This document shows positions 41,863-56,081 of a stretch of DNA of 64,000 nucleotides, one piece after another. The notes below the pieces were generated by a model that saw nothing but the letters and a program-made list of their open reading frames with translations, was not told where the DNA came from and did no database searches. The stretch's first letter is position 1, and the number at the start of each line of letters is the position of its first letter. The DNA is from Octopus vulgaris (Eukaryota): assembly GCA_951406725.2 (NCBI GenBank), contig OX597830.1, positions 15,872,001 to 15,936,000 of the forward strand. Reading direction: 5' to 3'. A program made the position numbers and the translations under genes.

Positions 41863-41929
41863 TATATATATTTTTTGATCTTTGGTCAGTAAGTGTTATT
41901 TACTAATTTTTCTTATCTAGAAATCAAAG

Positions 41930-42232
41930 GAAATGGTTACTATTCCTTTCAAACTTTGCTTCTGTGACCTGGACATCAATCTTTTGAAACTGATCTATTT
42001 TCCCATGATAATTCAGACAGATTGTGCGCTGAGTTATTGAAGCAGAAATATTGTTATAGCAAATATTCTGCCTAAGACCACAGATGTGCTTGTCAGTTGC
42101 GTGACCTTAACCAGTTGAGCAATGTCCTTTACTGGCTGACGATATGTGCATCGCTGATCACTAGCAGAGAGAAGTCTTTAAGGGTTTGAATAAACGTAAG
42201 AAAAGCGAAGTTTGAAGGAAACATTACCCATT
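41930..42232. mobile_element. Decayed MITE-like inverted repeat containing a family D fragment (~42050-42170)
   Basis: aatggttactattcctttcaaactttgct / agcgaagtttgaaggaaacattacccatt. The interior matches family D (caaatattctg..gcttgtcagttg..ggctgacgatatgtgcatc). Confidence 0.55.
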
Positions 42233-44169
42233 TTGTATACTTTCTAGGAGTAAGCAAATAGGAAATAACAGTTGCTACCCAAATAGAAAAATCGTGTTAC
42301 ACTATGTAATTTGTAGGGAAGAAATCATTTATCAAGTCGTCAAAAATCTTGTTCGTTGCATTGAAGAAAGAACGTCTTCTGTTTCTCAATGAGCACCATC
42401 ATAACTTCCTTCGAGCTGTATTTATCAGAGACCTGCTTTCATGCACCATACGCCAATAATCTTTTTCTATTTAGAGCAAGAACAATGTTGTGTCTCTGTA
42501 AATCAATATAGTCTTTAGCCAAGTTCTTTTTTTATGAGAACTTACAAAAAAAAAAATGCCTGTCTGTGGGCTCCACGCATGAAACACACCTAGGATCGGA
42601 AGTGTCATGGGAATTTTTTGCATAGAGTATGCCGTAAGAGTGGTCTAGCAATCAGTAAGAATATTAGCTACCGTTCCTATATTACTCAATTTATTTTGTG
42701 AATTAGACAGCATATACGAACCAAATAACCGTACTATAAAATCAGCTGCATACTGCAAGGACCAGATATTTCTACTGAAGTTTACAATATATCCGAATCG
42801 ATTTTTTCCTCGTATTAAAACATCTCAGGAAGCAAGAGATAAGTTGGAGAAGTACAGTATAGGTTTAGAGATTTCCTACATCAGTGAACATGAGGAAAAA
42901 AAAAAGTAAAACTAGATTTAGTTTCTGTGATCAGTAATGATGTTAGAAAAAAAAGTATTGGAAACCGAGAGGAGAAGGTACATTTTTAGGCAAGTGATGG
43001 TACAGACGACAGCAGTAGCAGCAGCAGCAGCAATAATAATAGTCACAACACTGTGAGACGTGAACGTATTGAAACGAGACAACTTAAGGAATCCACAGTC
43101 AATATTCCAATACTTATTCGATCGAAGGAGATTTATATAGAAGCAGAAAAATAAATGCAAAAATGAATTGGAGGATAAACGAAGATCTGTGTTATATGTA
43201 ATGTAATTTTAGATGTTACAGAACATAGAAAGTGACATTTAAAGAGACGTTCTTTAAATGCTACACAACAACTGTCGTGATATTGTCAGAAAAACACATT
43301 TTTTCACTGTCCAATAAGAGCTGTAATAATGTTCGCAAGTTAAGCGACTTTTTCTTTTTTTTCACTTTTTTTATATTCATATTCACGACAGCAAAAGAAT
43401 ACTTTTAGAAGGCAGATAAGCTGGATTGCTAAATTTATTGTTAATGATTCAACATTTAGCACGAATTTACGTTAACCAACGCCATACATGCAAAATATAA
43501 AATAAATCTATATGCAAACACAATGTCGTAAGTGCAATATGTTGTTCAAATCTGTGTTGAATATTCTGCTAAATGTCAAGCAGCACAAAGATGTGTTCAA
43601 AATAAAAGAAAATGAGATATATTTGTGTAAGGTAAGAATAAAAATACATTTAACGGTTTACTTAATTGATTTTTGCCGGTGCTAACCACTGTTCGCTGCC
43701 TCGAATTTCGGTGATTATCTTTGATTATGTTCAGTATAATATCATTGATGCTATATTTGGTACAAATATACACGGAACATACTTTTATTTTATCACTAGT
43801 ACCATTAAGAATATACATTGTCTGTAGTTATAAGAAGGAATATATGAAATAATAAGTAACAATGGTGGCACTAATGTTACGATAGGAAATTCTGAGGAAA
43901 TATTTTCATGAAGGAATAAATTGGAGGGAGAGTATACCAATGGAGAATATGCTGGAAGAAGACAGGAGTTCCATCGAAAGTTATTCCTTGAAACGAAAGT
44001 CTGTATGTAACTTTTGATGCTGTGTTTAAAGTGAGGAATAAAATATAGATCAAAGTAGAGAAGAGAAGAGTCCAAAGTATTGCGAAGACTACAATATCTG
44101 AGGATCAGAGTTCCTTAGAATATTAATGGAAGACAGTGAATATGTGTTGACAAATGATGTGTTGACAAA

Positions 44170-44402
44170 AGGCGGCGAGTTGGCAGAAACGTTAGCACGC
44201 CGGGCGAAATGCTGAGCGGTATTTCGTCTGCCGTTACGTTCTGAGTTCAAATTCCGCCGAGGTCGACTTTGCCTTTCATCCTTTCGGGGTCGATTAAATA
44301 AGTACCAGTTACGCACTGGGGTCGATGTAATCGACTTAATCTGTTTGTCTGTCCTTGTTTGTCCCCTCTGTGTTTAGCCCCTTGTGGGTAGTAAAGAAAT
44401 AA
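44170..44402 (+). mobile_element. SINE family B
   Basis: Full-length copy. Confidence 0.9.
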
Positions 44403-44975
44403 AATGATCCAATGAAGGGTCAAAGAAGATTTTACACAGAATTGAGCATTAATCGATCTCATGGAATAACCTATGTCTCATGGAATAACCTAGAAATCTG
44501 CCTTTCATCAGAATGGTTTTAGCTTTTTAGTTAGAATATTCACACCATCGAATATTGTTTCTTTGGATACAGTTGTAGCGTATTTCTACCCATAAATTCA
44601 ACATTCTCTCAGTATTTTTTTGATTACTTTCGACGATCCTCCACATTCTCGTATACCTCCTCGAATAAATAAAAAAGCTTTGTGTCGCTGTAAGCAGTTT
44701 AGTTGATCTGTTGTACGATTTTGGTTTTTATTTGTTATGAAATGGGCAAGACTATGACAATGCATATAAGTACAGCATAAAGGAGCTTCTATACAGTTGT
44801 TTTAGTTGCTAGAAATAGCAGCCAAGCCTACTTCAAATCGCACCTTATTCCTGTAACACAAAAAATGGGTCATATGGAATAATATGGGATAGTCACAGCT
44901 GGAATGTCTTTGATGATAGATCTATTCAATCAGGCTTAATCTAGGCTGAACAACAACACTGACAACAACAACCAC

Positions 44976-45480
44976 GTGGAGGCGCAATGGCCCAGTGGTT
45001 AGGGAAGCGGACTCGCCGTTGTAAGAGCGCGGTTTCGATTCCCAGACCGAGCATTTTGAGTGTTTATTGAGTAAAAACACCTAAGCTCCACGAGGCTCCG
45101 GCGGGGTGGTGGTGATGAACCCCGCTGTACTCTTTCACCACAACTTTCTCTCACTCTTTCTTGCTACTTCTGCCAAAAAGCAGAGGAACCATGGTGTAAC
45201 CCACTATGGTGTGGTAAAACTTTCAGACCCTAGTCTAGATTGCGAATCCTCTGTAGCCCAGGATGGTTCAGCTCTCCACCCGTTAAAAAAGCCACTATTT
45301 ACGAAATGAGGATAACAACGTAGCTTTCACGCCCGTGCAACCGCCAGTCTATTGCGTGTGGAGGGTGGATTTTCAAATTGCCTCACGCATTCTTAGTAGC
45401 TTAGACCGGGCTCGAATTATAGAGATTATTCTTTGTGGCTAAAGGCGTGAGTCCTGATAGGAAGAAGACGAAGAAGAAGA
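44976..45480 (+). mobile_element. SINE head C with tail type 2, ending in (AAG)n
   Basis: Same head as 12918 up to ..ctctcactctttc, then an unrelated tail. Confidence 0.8.
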
Positions 45481-45665
45481 CAACAACCATTGTTTTCTTA
45501 ACCGATATGATGTTGTAATATCAGTTTATATTTATAGAGTTGTAGAATATCTGAACTATTAAACAATACTTGTTAATCCGAAGTAGACACTGATATATGA
45601 TGAACCCAAAATGTTTAGCAAAAACTACGTAAATGAGCCAGCATTCAGTCATTCAGTCACCAGTA

Positions 45666-46048
45666 TCTCTCTCTATATATAAACGGCAGTTTGTCTGTGT
45701 GTCTGTGTGTCTGTCAGGTTGTACCCTCACCCTGACCACGGCTTTCAACCGATTCTGATGAAACTTGACACACACATAGCCCAATGTCATAATTCAAAAC
45801 TAACGCAGCGAAAATTTTGAAAAGTTCCCCCAGTTCTGAAAAAAATCGATAAATTCGACATGGGGTCGAGAATCAGAAACACAAACCGCAAACTGTCTAG
45901 GGGACGCAGCTCCACCTTTTTTTACTCTCAAAAAAAAATTTACCATCATTTTTTTCCATTTTTTTGCTATTTTTTTGCTATAACTCTCTAAAAATGCTTT
46001 ATAGTTATTTCCCTTACAAACCTGAGCAACGCCGGGCGATACTGCTAG
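45666..46048 (+). mobile_element. Non-autonomous Helitron-like element
   Basis: 5' TC(tctctctatatataaacggca), 3' GC-rich hairpin cctgagcaacgccggg then CTAG, inserted between A and T. Confidence 0.7.
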
Positions 46049-46203
46049 TAAAATATACAATAATTAATACATCACACATGAAACATGAGTGAGGAGGGGT
46101 CGGAGTGGTGTCAGTCAGTGACTGGAGTTATTTCGTTTCATTTATGTTATTGAGGCAGCACAGGAAAGAATCGAAGTTATGAATTCCAGTTTTTTCTTCC
46201 CTA

Positions 46204-46580
46204 GGCTGTGTGGTAAGTAGCTTACTTACCAACCACATAGTTCCGAGTTCAGTCCCACTGCGTGGCACTATGGGCAAGTGTCTTCTACTTTAGCCTCGGG
46301 CTGACCAAAGCCTTGTGAGTGGATTTGGTAGATGGAAACTGAAAGAATTCCGTGTGTGTGTGTGTGTGTGTGTGTGTTTGTCCTCCCACCACCATCGCTT
46401 GACAACCGATGCTGGTGTGTTTACGTCCCCGTAACTTAGCGGTTCGGCAAAACAGACCGATAGAATAAGTACTAGGCTTACAAAGAATAAGTCCTGGGGT
46501 CGATTTCCCCGACTAAATGCGGTGCTCCAGCATGGCCGCAGTCAAATGACTGAAAAGAGTAAAAAGAGTAAAAGAGAGTA
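46204..46580 (+). mobile_element. SINE family A
   Basis: Near full-length copy. Confidence 0.88.
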
Positions 46581-46640
46581 TTTTGCACCCTATCAAAAAC
46601 CAATGAAACTCAACGTTTTTGGTTTATAGCACTTGATTAA

Positions 46641-46840
46641 CCCTTTAGTGTTTGCATTATGCTGCCAAAATGTTTTGAACTAATCATGCATCGTTTTGTA
46701 GCTATGAGATTTTGATGAGGTAGCTGTTAATTTTTTAATCGATATTGTAGGGTTGGTGTGAGAGACCAGATCTGGCCAGTTTGAACATAAAACAGGCAGA
46801 ATACTTTTGGCTGGATATGGCCAGTTTAAACACTAAAGGG
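46641..46840. mobile_element. piggyBac-like MITE
   Basis: TTAA|ccctttagtgttt ... aaacactaaaggg|TTAA: a 13-bp TIR with TTAA duplication. Confidence 0.8.
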
Positions 46841-47644
46841 TTAAAAGAGATTTAAAGGCTGTCATGCCTTTCTCAAAAATATTAGCAATGTAGAAAAACC
46901 GGTATGTTTTCTGTCAAGAATAGTAAACATTTTGGTTACGGGTTCGCTTCGTGTGAAGTATATGCTTATTTCAAGGTCCTCATCAGATAAATTTTTCAGG
47001 TTGATTTGTTATTAATCTGAAAGGCTCCCATGAAGAATGAAATTGAGTGATACCACGTGATTCGCCCCTGATTGCCAATTATTGTATGTGAGATAATTAT
47101 TTCCAGATTAACTTTGGCGGAATTAAAAGTTTGAATTTTAAATCGAGGAAGAAAATAAAATATCCATTGAATATATATATTTATTATATTTTATTTCATT
47201 TGAGTTTATTTTTTTGCTTTTTCATTCCGAAGATCATGTAATGGAAAAATTATTATTGGCATCTTGGAGAGAAATTGTTTCAGCTGTGAATGGATTGACT
47301 CCTCACGCAGAGAGTTCGCACCGTATTTTATAGACCTTGTCAGATATCATTACATTAGTTTCTTTTAAATGAGTCCCTAACTCGTATGTGAGGAGGTGTT
47401 GTGACAGACACGCTACAATATAAAGTCTAATAGAATTGAACTTGCATCGGTTGATCAGCGGGACAGGGTTACAGTGTTTCATACATTTCTTGCTCTATAG
47501 CAGACCTGGACAACTCGAATTACATTGCGGGCCACTTTAATAACAGAAAGTCTTTTGAGGGCCACTTGTAAACTTTATGCATTAATAGTCAAATAATCAA
47601 ATTACAGAATCAAGAATTTTTCATACTTGTCGTTTCTGTCTTTT

Positions 47645-48022
47645 TTTTCTTTTATTTAATTTGTTTTAGTCATTTGATTGCGACAATGCTGGAGCACCGC
47701 CTTTAGTCGAACAAAGGACTTATTCTTTGTAAGCCTTGTACTTACTCTATCGGTCTCTTTTGCCGAACCGCTAAGTTACGGGGCCGTAAACACACCAGCA
47801 TCGGTTGTCAAGCGATGGTGGTGGTGGTGGTGGGGACAAACACACACACACACACGGGCTTCTTTCAGCTTCCGTCTACCAAATCCACTCACAAGGCTTT
47901 GGTCGGCTCGAGGCTATTGCAGAAGACACTTGCCCAATGTGCCACGCAGTGGAAATGAACCCGGAACCCGGAACCCTGTGGTTGGTAAGCAAGCTACTTA
48001 CCACACAGCTACTTCTGCGCCT
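47645..48022 (-). mobile_element. SINE family A
   Basis: Reverse copy. Confidence 0.88.
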
Positions 48023-48514
48023 ATAAAATTTGTTTAAAATTATAAAATTGTAGACTATTGCGTTATTACCACTTATAAATTTTAAATTTATTTTCAAACA
48101 AATATTTTACACAAACAATTTTGTTTTGAATTTAAACACAATACTTCGAGACAGTATCAAGCACACTGCTCTATAGCATTCACCTCACCAGATTTTATTA
48201 TATTAATATCAATTACAGAGACACCAAACTAATGCAAGACTGGCACTACTTCGGCAAGGTATGTCTCTGTGCTCTTTCAAATTATCATTGCCTGCGGCAT
48301 TCACATTCTCGGATGAACTAAGAGATATTTATAGATAGACTTTCATGGTAGACACAAATGTCCTTAATTAATAGGAGAGAAGTATAACGCTGTGATCAAC
48401 TGTGCCAGTGTATCTGAGAAAAAGGCTAAATACGTGTGGGTGTGTTTAGCATCAGATAATGCAAGTTTTTTAATGTTTAGAAGAGACTATACATTATGAA
48501 AGTACATTATTATT

Positions 48515-49140
48515 GAGGCGCAATGGCCCTGTAGATAGGGCAGCGGTCATAGGATCGCGGTTTCGATTCCCAGACCGGGCGTTGTGAGTGTTTATTGAGC
48601 GAAAACACCTAAAGCTCCACGAGGCTTCGGCAGGGGATGGTGGTGATCCCTGCTGTACTCTTTCACCACAACTTTCTCTCACTTTTACTTCCTGTTTCTG
48701 TTGTACCTGTATTTCAAGGGGCCGGCCTTGTCACTCTCTGTGTCACGCTGAATATCCCCGAGAACTACGTTAAGGGTGCACGTGTCTGTGGAGTGCTCAA
48801 CCACTTACACGTTAATTTCACGAGCAGGCTGTTCCGTTGATTCGGATCAACCGGAACCCTTGTCGTCGTAACCGACTGAGTGCTTCCATCCGAGGCTCCG
48901 GCAGGGGATGGTGGTGATCCCTGCTGTACTCTTTCACCACAACTTTCTCTCACTCTTACTTCCTGTTTCTGTTGTACCCGTATTTCAAAGGGCCGGCCTT
49001 GTCACTCTCTGTGTCACGCTGAATATCCCCGAGAACTACGTTAAGGGTGCACGTGTCTGTGGAGTGCTCAGCCACTTACACGTTAATTTCACGAGCAGGC
49101 TGTTCCGTTGATTCGGATCAACCGGAACCCTCATCGTCGT
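48515..49140 (+). mobile_element. SINE head C with tail type 3 and an internal 271-bp tandem duplication
   Basis: 48620-48890 is repeated at 48891-49140 (ORFs 48637 and 48908 are near-identical). Confidence 0.85.
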
Positions 49141-49470
49141 ACACCTACATCAGAATTCTTCACCTTTGCTAAACCAGGGACAATTTCAAGAACTCGGTCA
49201 TAGTTATATTCCCATTATCCACCAGTAGAGTCGCTTTTATTTTTACTTTTATATTGGTTTCAGCCATTAAATTGCGACCATACTGGTGCATCGTCTTGAG
49301 AGGTTTCAGACACAGGATTTGCGTTCACTTAGAGACTGGCATTATTTCATCGATCTCTATTTGTCGAAAGTCACAGAATATAAATAAAAAAACACGAACA
49401 CGGACCTCATCACTACACACTCATATGTTCATACATCTCTCTTCCCCCACCTCTCACTGTATGTATGTAT

Positions 49471-49666
49471 ACTCTTTTACTTGTTTCAGTCATTTTGACT
49501 GCGGCCATGCTGGAGCACCGCCTTTAGTCGAGCAAATCGATCCCAGGACTTATACTTTGGAACCCTAGTACTTATTCTATCGGTGTCTTTTGCCGAACTG
49601 CTAAGTTTCGGGGACGTAAACGCACCAGCATCGGTTGTCAAGCGATGTTGGGAGGGACAAACACAG

Positions 49667-49738
<72 letters not shown>

Positions 49739-49918
49739 TTATATATACATATATACGACGGGCTTCTTTCAGTTTCCGCCTTCCAAATCTACCCACAAGG
49801 CTTTGGTCGGCCCGAGGCTATAGTAGAAGACACTTGCCCAAGGTGCCACGCAGTGGGAAAGAACCCGGAACCATGTGGTTGGTAAGCAAGATACTTACCA
49901 CACAGCCACTCCTACGCC
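49471..49918 (-). mobile_element. SINE family A, followed by a plus-strand tail fragment at ~49980-50195
   Basis: Reverse full-length copy. Confidence 0.88.
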
Positions 49919-50525
49919 TGTATATAAATATATGCGTGTGTGTCTATATATGTGTACATGTATATGTATATGTGTGTGTATGTTTGTGTCTGTGTTTGTC
50001 ACGCACCACTGCTTGACAACCGGTGCTTGTGTGTTTATGTCCGCGGAACTTAACGTGGCGATTCGACAAAAAAGACCGATACAAGAACCAGGCTTAAAAA
50101 AGAAAATAAGAACTGGAGATGATTAGTTCGACTAAAATTCCTCAAAGTGGTGCCCCAGCATGGCCGTAATATAATGACTGGCACAAATAAAAGATATATA
50201 CATATACGTATATGTGTGTGTGCGCGTGTGTGGATGTGTTAGAGATGTGTTAGAGATAGATAGACAGACAGACAGACAGATAGATAGATATTGGTTATTT
50301 TAAAATTCAGTGGTTTTAAAATAACCAAGATCTATCTATCTATCTATTTACCTATCTACCTTCTTTTTCCTTTTCTTTCCTTTTTTTCTTTCCCTTTTAC
50401 GATCCTTTTGGTTGAAAACCTACCCCACTTTTCTTTTTATTTCTTCTTTTCTCCTCATAAAGAAAAGCTCTACTTAGTAATCTGTCCCGTCTGTGTGCAG
50501 CCTTGTGTGGCTAATAAAGAAACAT

Positions 50526-50584
50526 ATCCATCTATCTATTTACCTATCTATCTATTTAACTACCCACCTATCTATCTATCTATT

Positions 50585-50637
<53 letters not shown>

Positions 50638-50670
50638 TTACCTATCTATCTATTTAACTACCCACCTATA

Positions 50671-50729
<59 letters not shown>

Positions 50730-50730
50730 T

Positions 50731-50783
<53 letters not shown>

Positions 50784-50784
50784 T

Positions 50785-50832
<48 letters not shown>

Positions 50833-50837
50833 CCCAC

Positions 50838-50868
<31 letters not shown>
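50526..50868 (+). repeat. (TATC)n microsatellite
   Basis: Directly visible. Confidence 0.95.
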
Positions 50869-50869
<1 letters not shown>

Positions 50870-51070
50870 AGACTATATGTGAAATTGACATTTTTTTACC
50901 TGTATTTCTTTTCGAATAGATTAGCGGCTTAGCAAACACATGGTTCTGCGGTTTGATACCACCGAGCCGCCTCTTGGAAGAGCTACTTCAATCATAGCCC
51001 CCCACCCCATTGTTCATCGATTTATGGAAAGTATTTGCCAGACGGAATCTACGTGGAAACCCGTCGCACT

Positions 51071-51109
<39 letters not shown>

Positions 51110-52189
51110 TGCGCGTGTTTGCATATATAATTATAGTATAACGGTATTTAATTCAGCTCAACGGATAGGTCAGACAGTTGAAAGTATTTGTTCTGAGCTT
51201 TACCTGATATATTGACAAATGTCCCAATATTCTCTTAACACTGATTCACTACAGAAATATGCCCAATATATCGAAACTAGAAATTTACAAATGTTGGTAG
51301 ATAGCACAAAATTGGAGAGTATAGGATATTTTTTGTAATTCCTCGATAGATGTTTTATAATTCTAGTAACAACGAGCAAAGAAATCAGAGTTTATTTTGA
51401 ATATAAAGAATGAATAATATATATTTGACCCTCAAACGACATCATCCACAAAATATTCCTTATAACCTCGATTACTCAAGCGCATCGCATAGTGACACGC
51501 TCACACACGCATACAACAAGATCTCAAGCAGGCAAAAACGGCCTCTGTAACGGATTAAGTCAAAGGTCATTGAAAAGGTTGCTAGTAGCAACGAAAGAGC
51601 TTTAACAAACAAAAACAAAACAAACGACTTACTGTTAAACAAAAATTAAATAAACAATTGATTAGTTTGTTGGATACCTAATTAATTGTCTAATAATAAA
51701 TGAGTAGAACTGAACCAATGCGCGTATTAATAATGTTAGCATAATGACTCTCTCTGGACACAACAAAATTTCGTATTACCATTTTCCCTTTAATTAGTTT
51801 CTGTGAAAAATATTTTAAATCACTTGGTATAAAAATATCAATCATTTCGGTGACTCTTTCACAAGTCATAGCAAAATTGATTTGAAACTCACAAATACAT
51901 TCACAACTGGCAACGATTTATCTCATCAATTGATTAAGGAACATCTATTCTGTTTGTTTTCATCAATTTCTTCTCTTTTCTTCTCGCCAACTTTAACAAT
52001 AATTCATTAGTATTTTATCTTTAAAAATCTGAGTTAGTAGAACTAAGAGCTTACATAGATATATCTATCTGTGGACTACAACATTAAGGTCACTATTATG
52101 AATCTGGTGTCAGGGCGATGCTGAGTTTTGCTAAACACACACACGTCTGTGTATAGCAATGGAAAGTTAGGCAATAAAGTGTCATTGAA

Positions 52190-52850
52190 ATTGGTTTCAA
52201 ATTTTGTCACAAGGCCAGGAAGTTTGAGGGATGTGGTAAGTCAATTTACAATGACCCCCTGTGATCTACTGGTACTTATTTTATTAATACTTATTTCTTT
52301 ACTACCCACAAGGGGCTAAACACAGAGGAGACAAACAAGGACGGACAGACGGATTAAGTCGATTATATCGACCCCAGTGCGTAACTGGTACTTAATTTAT
52401 CGACCCCGAAAGGTTGAAAGGCAAAGTCGACCTTGGCGGAATTTGAACTCAGAGCGTAACGGCAGACGAAATACCGCTGAGCATTTCGCCCGTCGTGCTA
52501 ATGTTTCTGCCAGCTCGCCGTCCGAAGGGATGAAAGACAGAGTTGACCTCGGCGGAATTTGAACGGAGGAAATGCCGCTAAGCATTTCGCCAGGTGTGCT
52601 ATCGATTCTGTCAGCTCACCGCCTTCGATATCATTAATACTGGCTTCAAATTTTAGCACAGGGCCAGCAATTTCAGGGGCGGGGCGGCTATGACGATCAC
52701 ATCAACACCAGTGATCATCTGGTATTTATTTGATCATCCCCGAAAGGTAAAGTCAATCTCGGTGAAATCTGAACTCAGAACGGAAAGACGAACGAAATAC
52801 CTCTAAGCATTTTGCCAGGTGTAGTAACGGTTCTGCCATCTCGCCGCCTT
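52190..52850 (-). mobile_element. Cluster of nested or adjacent SINE family B copies (youngest at 52291-52520)
   Basis: Three reverse heads end near 52520, 52625 and 52849. Confidence 0.8.
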
Positions 52851-53294
52851 TTAGATGTAATTAATATTAATATATAACATGATATTGTTGTTACGTATGT
52901 GTTTTTCAATCATGGATCAGCTAACTGCAGAAACGAATGAATAGCTTCACTTCATTATTGCTTCTTAGATTCTCAACTCGAGGAGAGAAAACAATGTTGA
53001 CCTCGTTGCTGATTGAACCAAGGTAGAACCGTGTTACTAAATCTTATCTTTCTTGACACTCCTCTTGCCCAATAAGGATCGTAGCATTATTGGCAATATA
53101 GGGAAACATCAAAGCAAATAATATTCAGAAAACATTTCATTAAATAACGATTTGTCAAGTACGTAAAAGGACATAAACTTGCAGTGAAGATATTTAGTCA
53201 ATTAAAGCTAACACATAACAGCGGGATTTGAATGTGGAAAGACGACATTAAATGTTGTAAGACACCATGACCACAACTATAATATTGCTGTTCT

Positions 53295-53590
53295 GTGAAG
53301 ATTAAATAATATAACCTTTTGCGAAGATTAATTAGTCTAAACCTCAATGAAGAATGAATAATATAGTGGAGATTAAATATATAGAACTCAGTGAAGATTA
53401 AAAGAGTTTGAACCTGAGTGAAGATTAAGTATTCTATACCTGAGTGATGATTAAATTATACAAACTTCGATGAAGGTTAATTATTATGAATCTCAGTGAA
53501 GATTTTGTAATATAAATTTTAATGATGATTAAATAGAGTAAATCTGGGTTAAGGTAAGTTAATATAAACTTCAGTGGAGATTAAATAATC
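53295..53590 (+). repeat. Degenerate ~26-27-bp minisatellite, ~11 units
   Basis: Recurrent core (aacctca)gtgaagattaa. Confidence 0.75.
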
Positions 53591-53689
53591 TTGTTCTCAA
53601 AGTTACATATTATAATCAGCAGAAGAGACAAAAAGTGAATGCCATCCACAACTTTTCTCTCTGTATTCGAGTAATGTATCAAACGTTTA

Positions 53690-54760
53690 GTAAGAGTTAG
53701 AGCTGGTTACAAGCTTCTTACGGGACATAGGAATGGAAATTGACCAGGATAAGTGCTTGAAAATATCTCGAAGAATGACTGTTGATTAGACAAGGAATTT
53801 GAATATAAACGAGCCGTCTATTTTCTCTATCTCCAATGAAGAATAGGCTGTCTATTTTCTCTGTGTCCAATGAGGAATGCTTAAAGTATGTCGGAATTTA
53901 TGGGAATGCTGCGTTCGTTAGTGCTGAGGCTAACATTAGCGTGTCAAGGAAATAGTTCAGCAGATTTAAGAAAAAATGGAAATCAAAACTGTTGTATTCA
54001 CCAAGACCTTATCTCACAACACTATTGCAGTGTAAGTGCCAGTACAAATATTTGGGACATTGAACTGGACACTTGAAGAGGTTCGTATCTTAGGCGACAA
54101 AAGCTGGGAAGATATTAATATTCATTAACCGGATCTATGTAAGGTCGAAGAATTATTCCAAATGGCGTCCGTGGACCGCGCCACATTTTACTACACGGTC
54201 AACATCTTTTGAACGGTAAAGGCAGAAATGAATGCATCTCGGGTACTCAGAAGTATAAACAATAGCATATAGTTGAAAAACTCCTAAATAGGTACTAAGA
54301 AAACTGGATTGACCAACTTAAACAGTAATTTATAGAAGAAACCCTCACCATGCCATGGAAATTCTCCCTGCCAAGATCGATGCAATTTACAATAATAATG
54401 GTGGAAAGAGTAGTAAGTTCTGGATATGTGATAAATATAGAAGTATATGCCTGCAACAATAGAGATAAAGATATTTCAAAACCACCACTTTATGTTAGAA
54501 AATATAAATGTACCATACTCCCCAGTCATCAGCAGTTGCCTAAAATGCCTGCAAGACGTTAGATAGTGATATTGGCGCCGAAACTCTTTACAACACGATG
54601 CACATGAATAATTATTTTAGCGGTCAAACGCATGACACAATAAAAATGTATATACGTTTATATGGGAAACATGGAATACTGGTAGAACGTTCTAATAAAA
54701 TCTGTAACCCAATGCGAACATAATCGGCCAAGTATTCTTGTCTGGGACCGGGAATAACAC
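53690..54760 (+). mobile_element. Old, decayed R4-like RT/REL LINE remnant
   Basis: Broken motifs FLRDIGMEIDQDKC, KTLSHNTIAV..IFGTLNWTLEEV and QCEHNRPSILVW. Confidence 0.6.
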
Positions 54761-55094
54761 TGCTTAAGGATCAACTACCCTGCGTGGCTGAATATCTGGT
54801 CTTATATAGTTGGAAAGAAGGACGGCTACGAAACTTTTCGTTCCTGTACCTTTACTATAAATATTCTTGTATCTATCATCACCGGCTGCGTAGCAACATA
54901 TTTACATAAAAGCTTGAAAATGGTGACATCTTTCAAGCGTGAACAATATAAATCGATACGCATCCTCCAAAGCCAAGCAATCTTTGGTTCAATAAAGATG
55001 TCTAAAACACTCCAAATGTTCTTCATTTGAATTTCATAGAAAGAACACATGCACAACAACATGTATATGCATAATATATATATATATACACATA

Positions 55095-55142
<48 letters not shown>

Positions 55143-55189
55143 TACATATATATATATACATATATATATATACATATATAGAGAGAGAT

Positions 55190-55249
<60 letters not shown>

Positions 55250-55437
55250 TATATAAAAGGACTTAGTAAAATAAATTACTTTGCCGCATACTGAACTCAT
55301 TAGAAATAGCAGCTAAAAAACTTTTTTAAAGCTATTTCTAATACTTAAAGAAAATCTCTCTCATATATAGTGTTTGCTTAATTCAACTCACAAAAGTTTG
55401 GGGTAAGGACATCAAAAAATCAAATGCTAAGGTTATT

Positions 55438-55489
55438 TGAGAACGTACGTTTCAAGATTAGTCAAAACAACACTTCTATCATCAGCTCA
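55438..55489 (-). ncRNA. Hammerhead-like motif in the 545-bp unit (copy 1)
   Basis: UGAG-CUGAUGA-[stem II]-GAAA-C GUAC G-UU|-CUCA, with palindromic CGUACG. Stem II is imperfect (U-U closing pair). Confidence 0.6.
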
Positions 55490-56029
55490 GAAACTCCTTG
55501 GTTTGGATTTGGAAACACTGAAAGTAAGAACATACCCTTTCGAAGATCCGCTCGTAACTAACAGTGCCAACAAACCCAAATAAGCAAGCGAAGAATTTAT
55601 GTTCTCCCCTTTCCACCAGCGTGGGTTAAAATCATCAAACACTATGCTTATTTCGGTAAAATCCGAAGCATTAATTAGAGGGAGATTAATTATAATTTCA
55701 ACAATTGAGGGTAAAATTAATTAATTATTAATCAATTTCACCAAGTGTTCAGTATGCAAAGGGACCATTTAAGGCGAATTCAAATTATTACATTATATAA
55801 AAGGGCTTAGTAAAATAAATTACTTTGCCGCATACTGAACTCATTAGAAATAGCAGCTAAAAAACTTTTTTAAAGCTATTTCTAATACTTAAAGAAAATC
55901 TCTCTCATATATAGTGTTTGCTTAATTGGGTTTGCTTATTTGGGTTTGTTGGCACTGTTAGTTACGAGCGGATCTTCGAAAGGGTATGTTCTTACTTTCA
56001 GTGTTTCCAAATCCAAACCAAGGAGTTTC

Positions 56030-56081
56030 TGAGCTGATGATAGAAGTGTTGTTTTGACTAATCTTGAAACGTACGTTCTCA
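56030..56081 (+). ncRNA. Hammerhead-like motif in the 545-bp unit (copy 2)
   Basis: tgag ctgatga tagaagtgttgttttgactaatctt gaaa cgtacg tt ctca. Confidence 0.6.

Noticed and set aside
43800-44165. Purine-rich, coding-like stretch (similar stretches at 11560-12140 and 42810-43200)
   Set aside because: Many stops and no motif I can identify; probably old TE debris that needs a BLASTX search.
53295-53590. CRISPR-like repeat/spacer appearance
   Set aside because: Eukaryotic context, degenerate repeats, spacers of only ~10-15 bp that are related to each other, and no cas genes.
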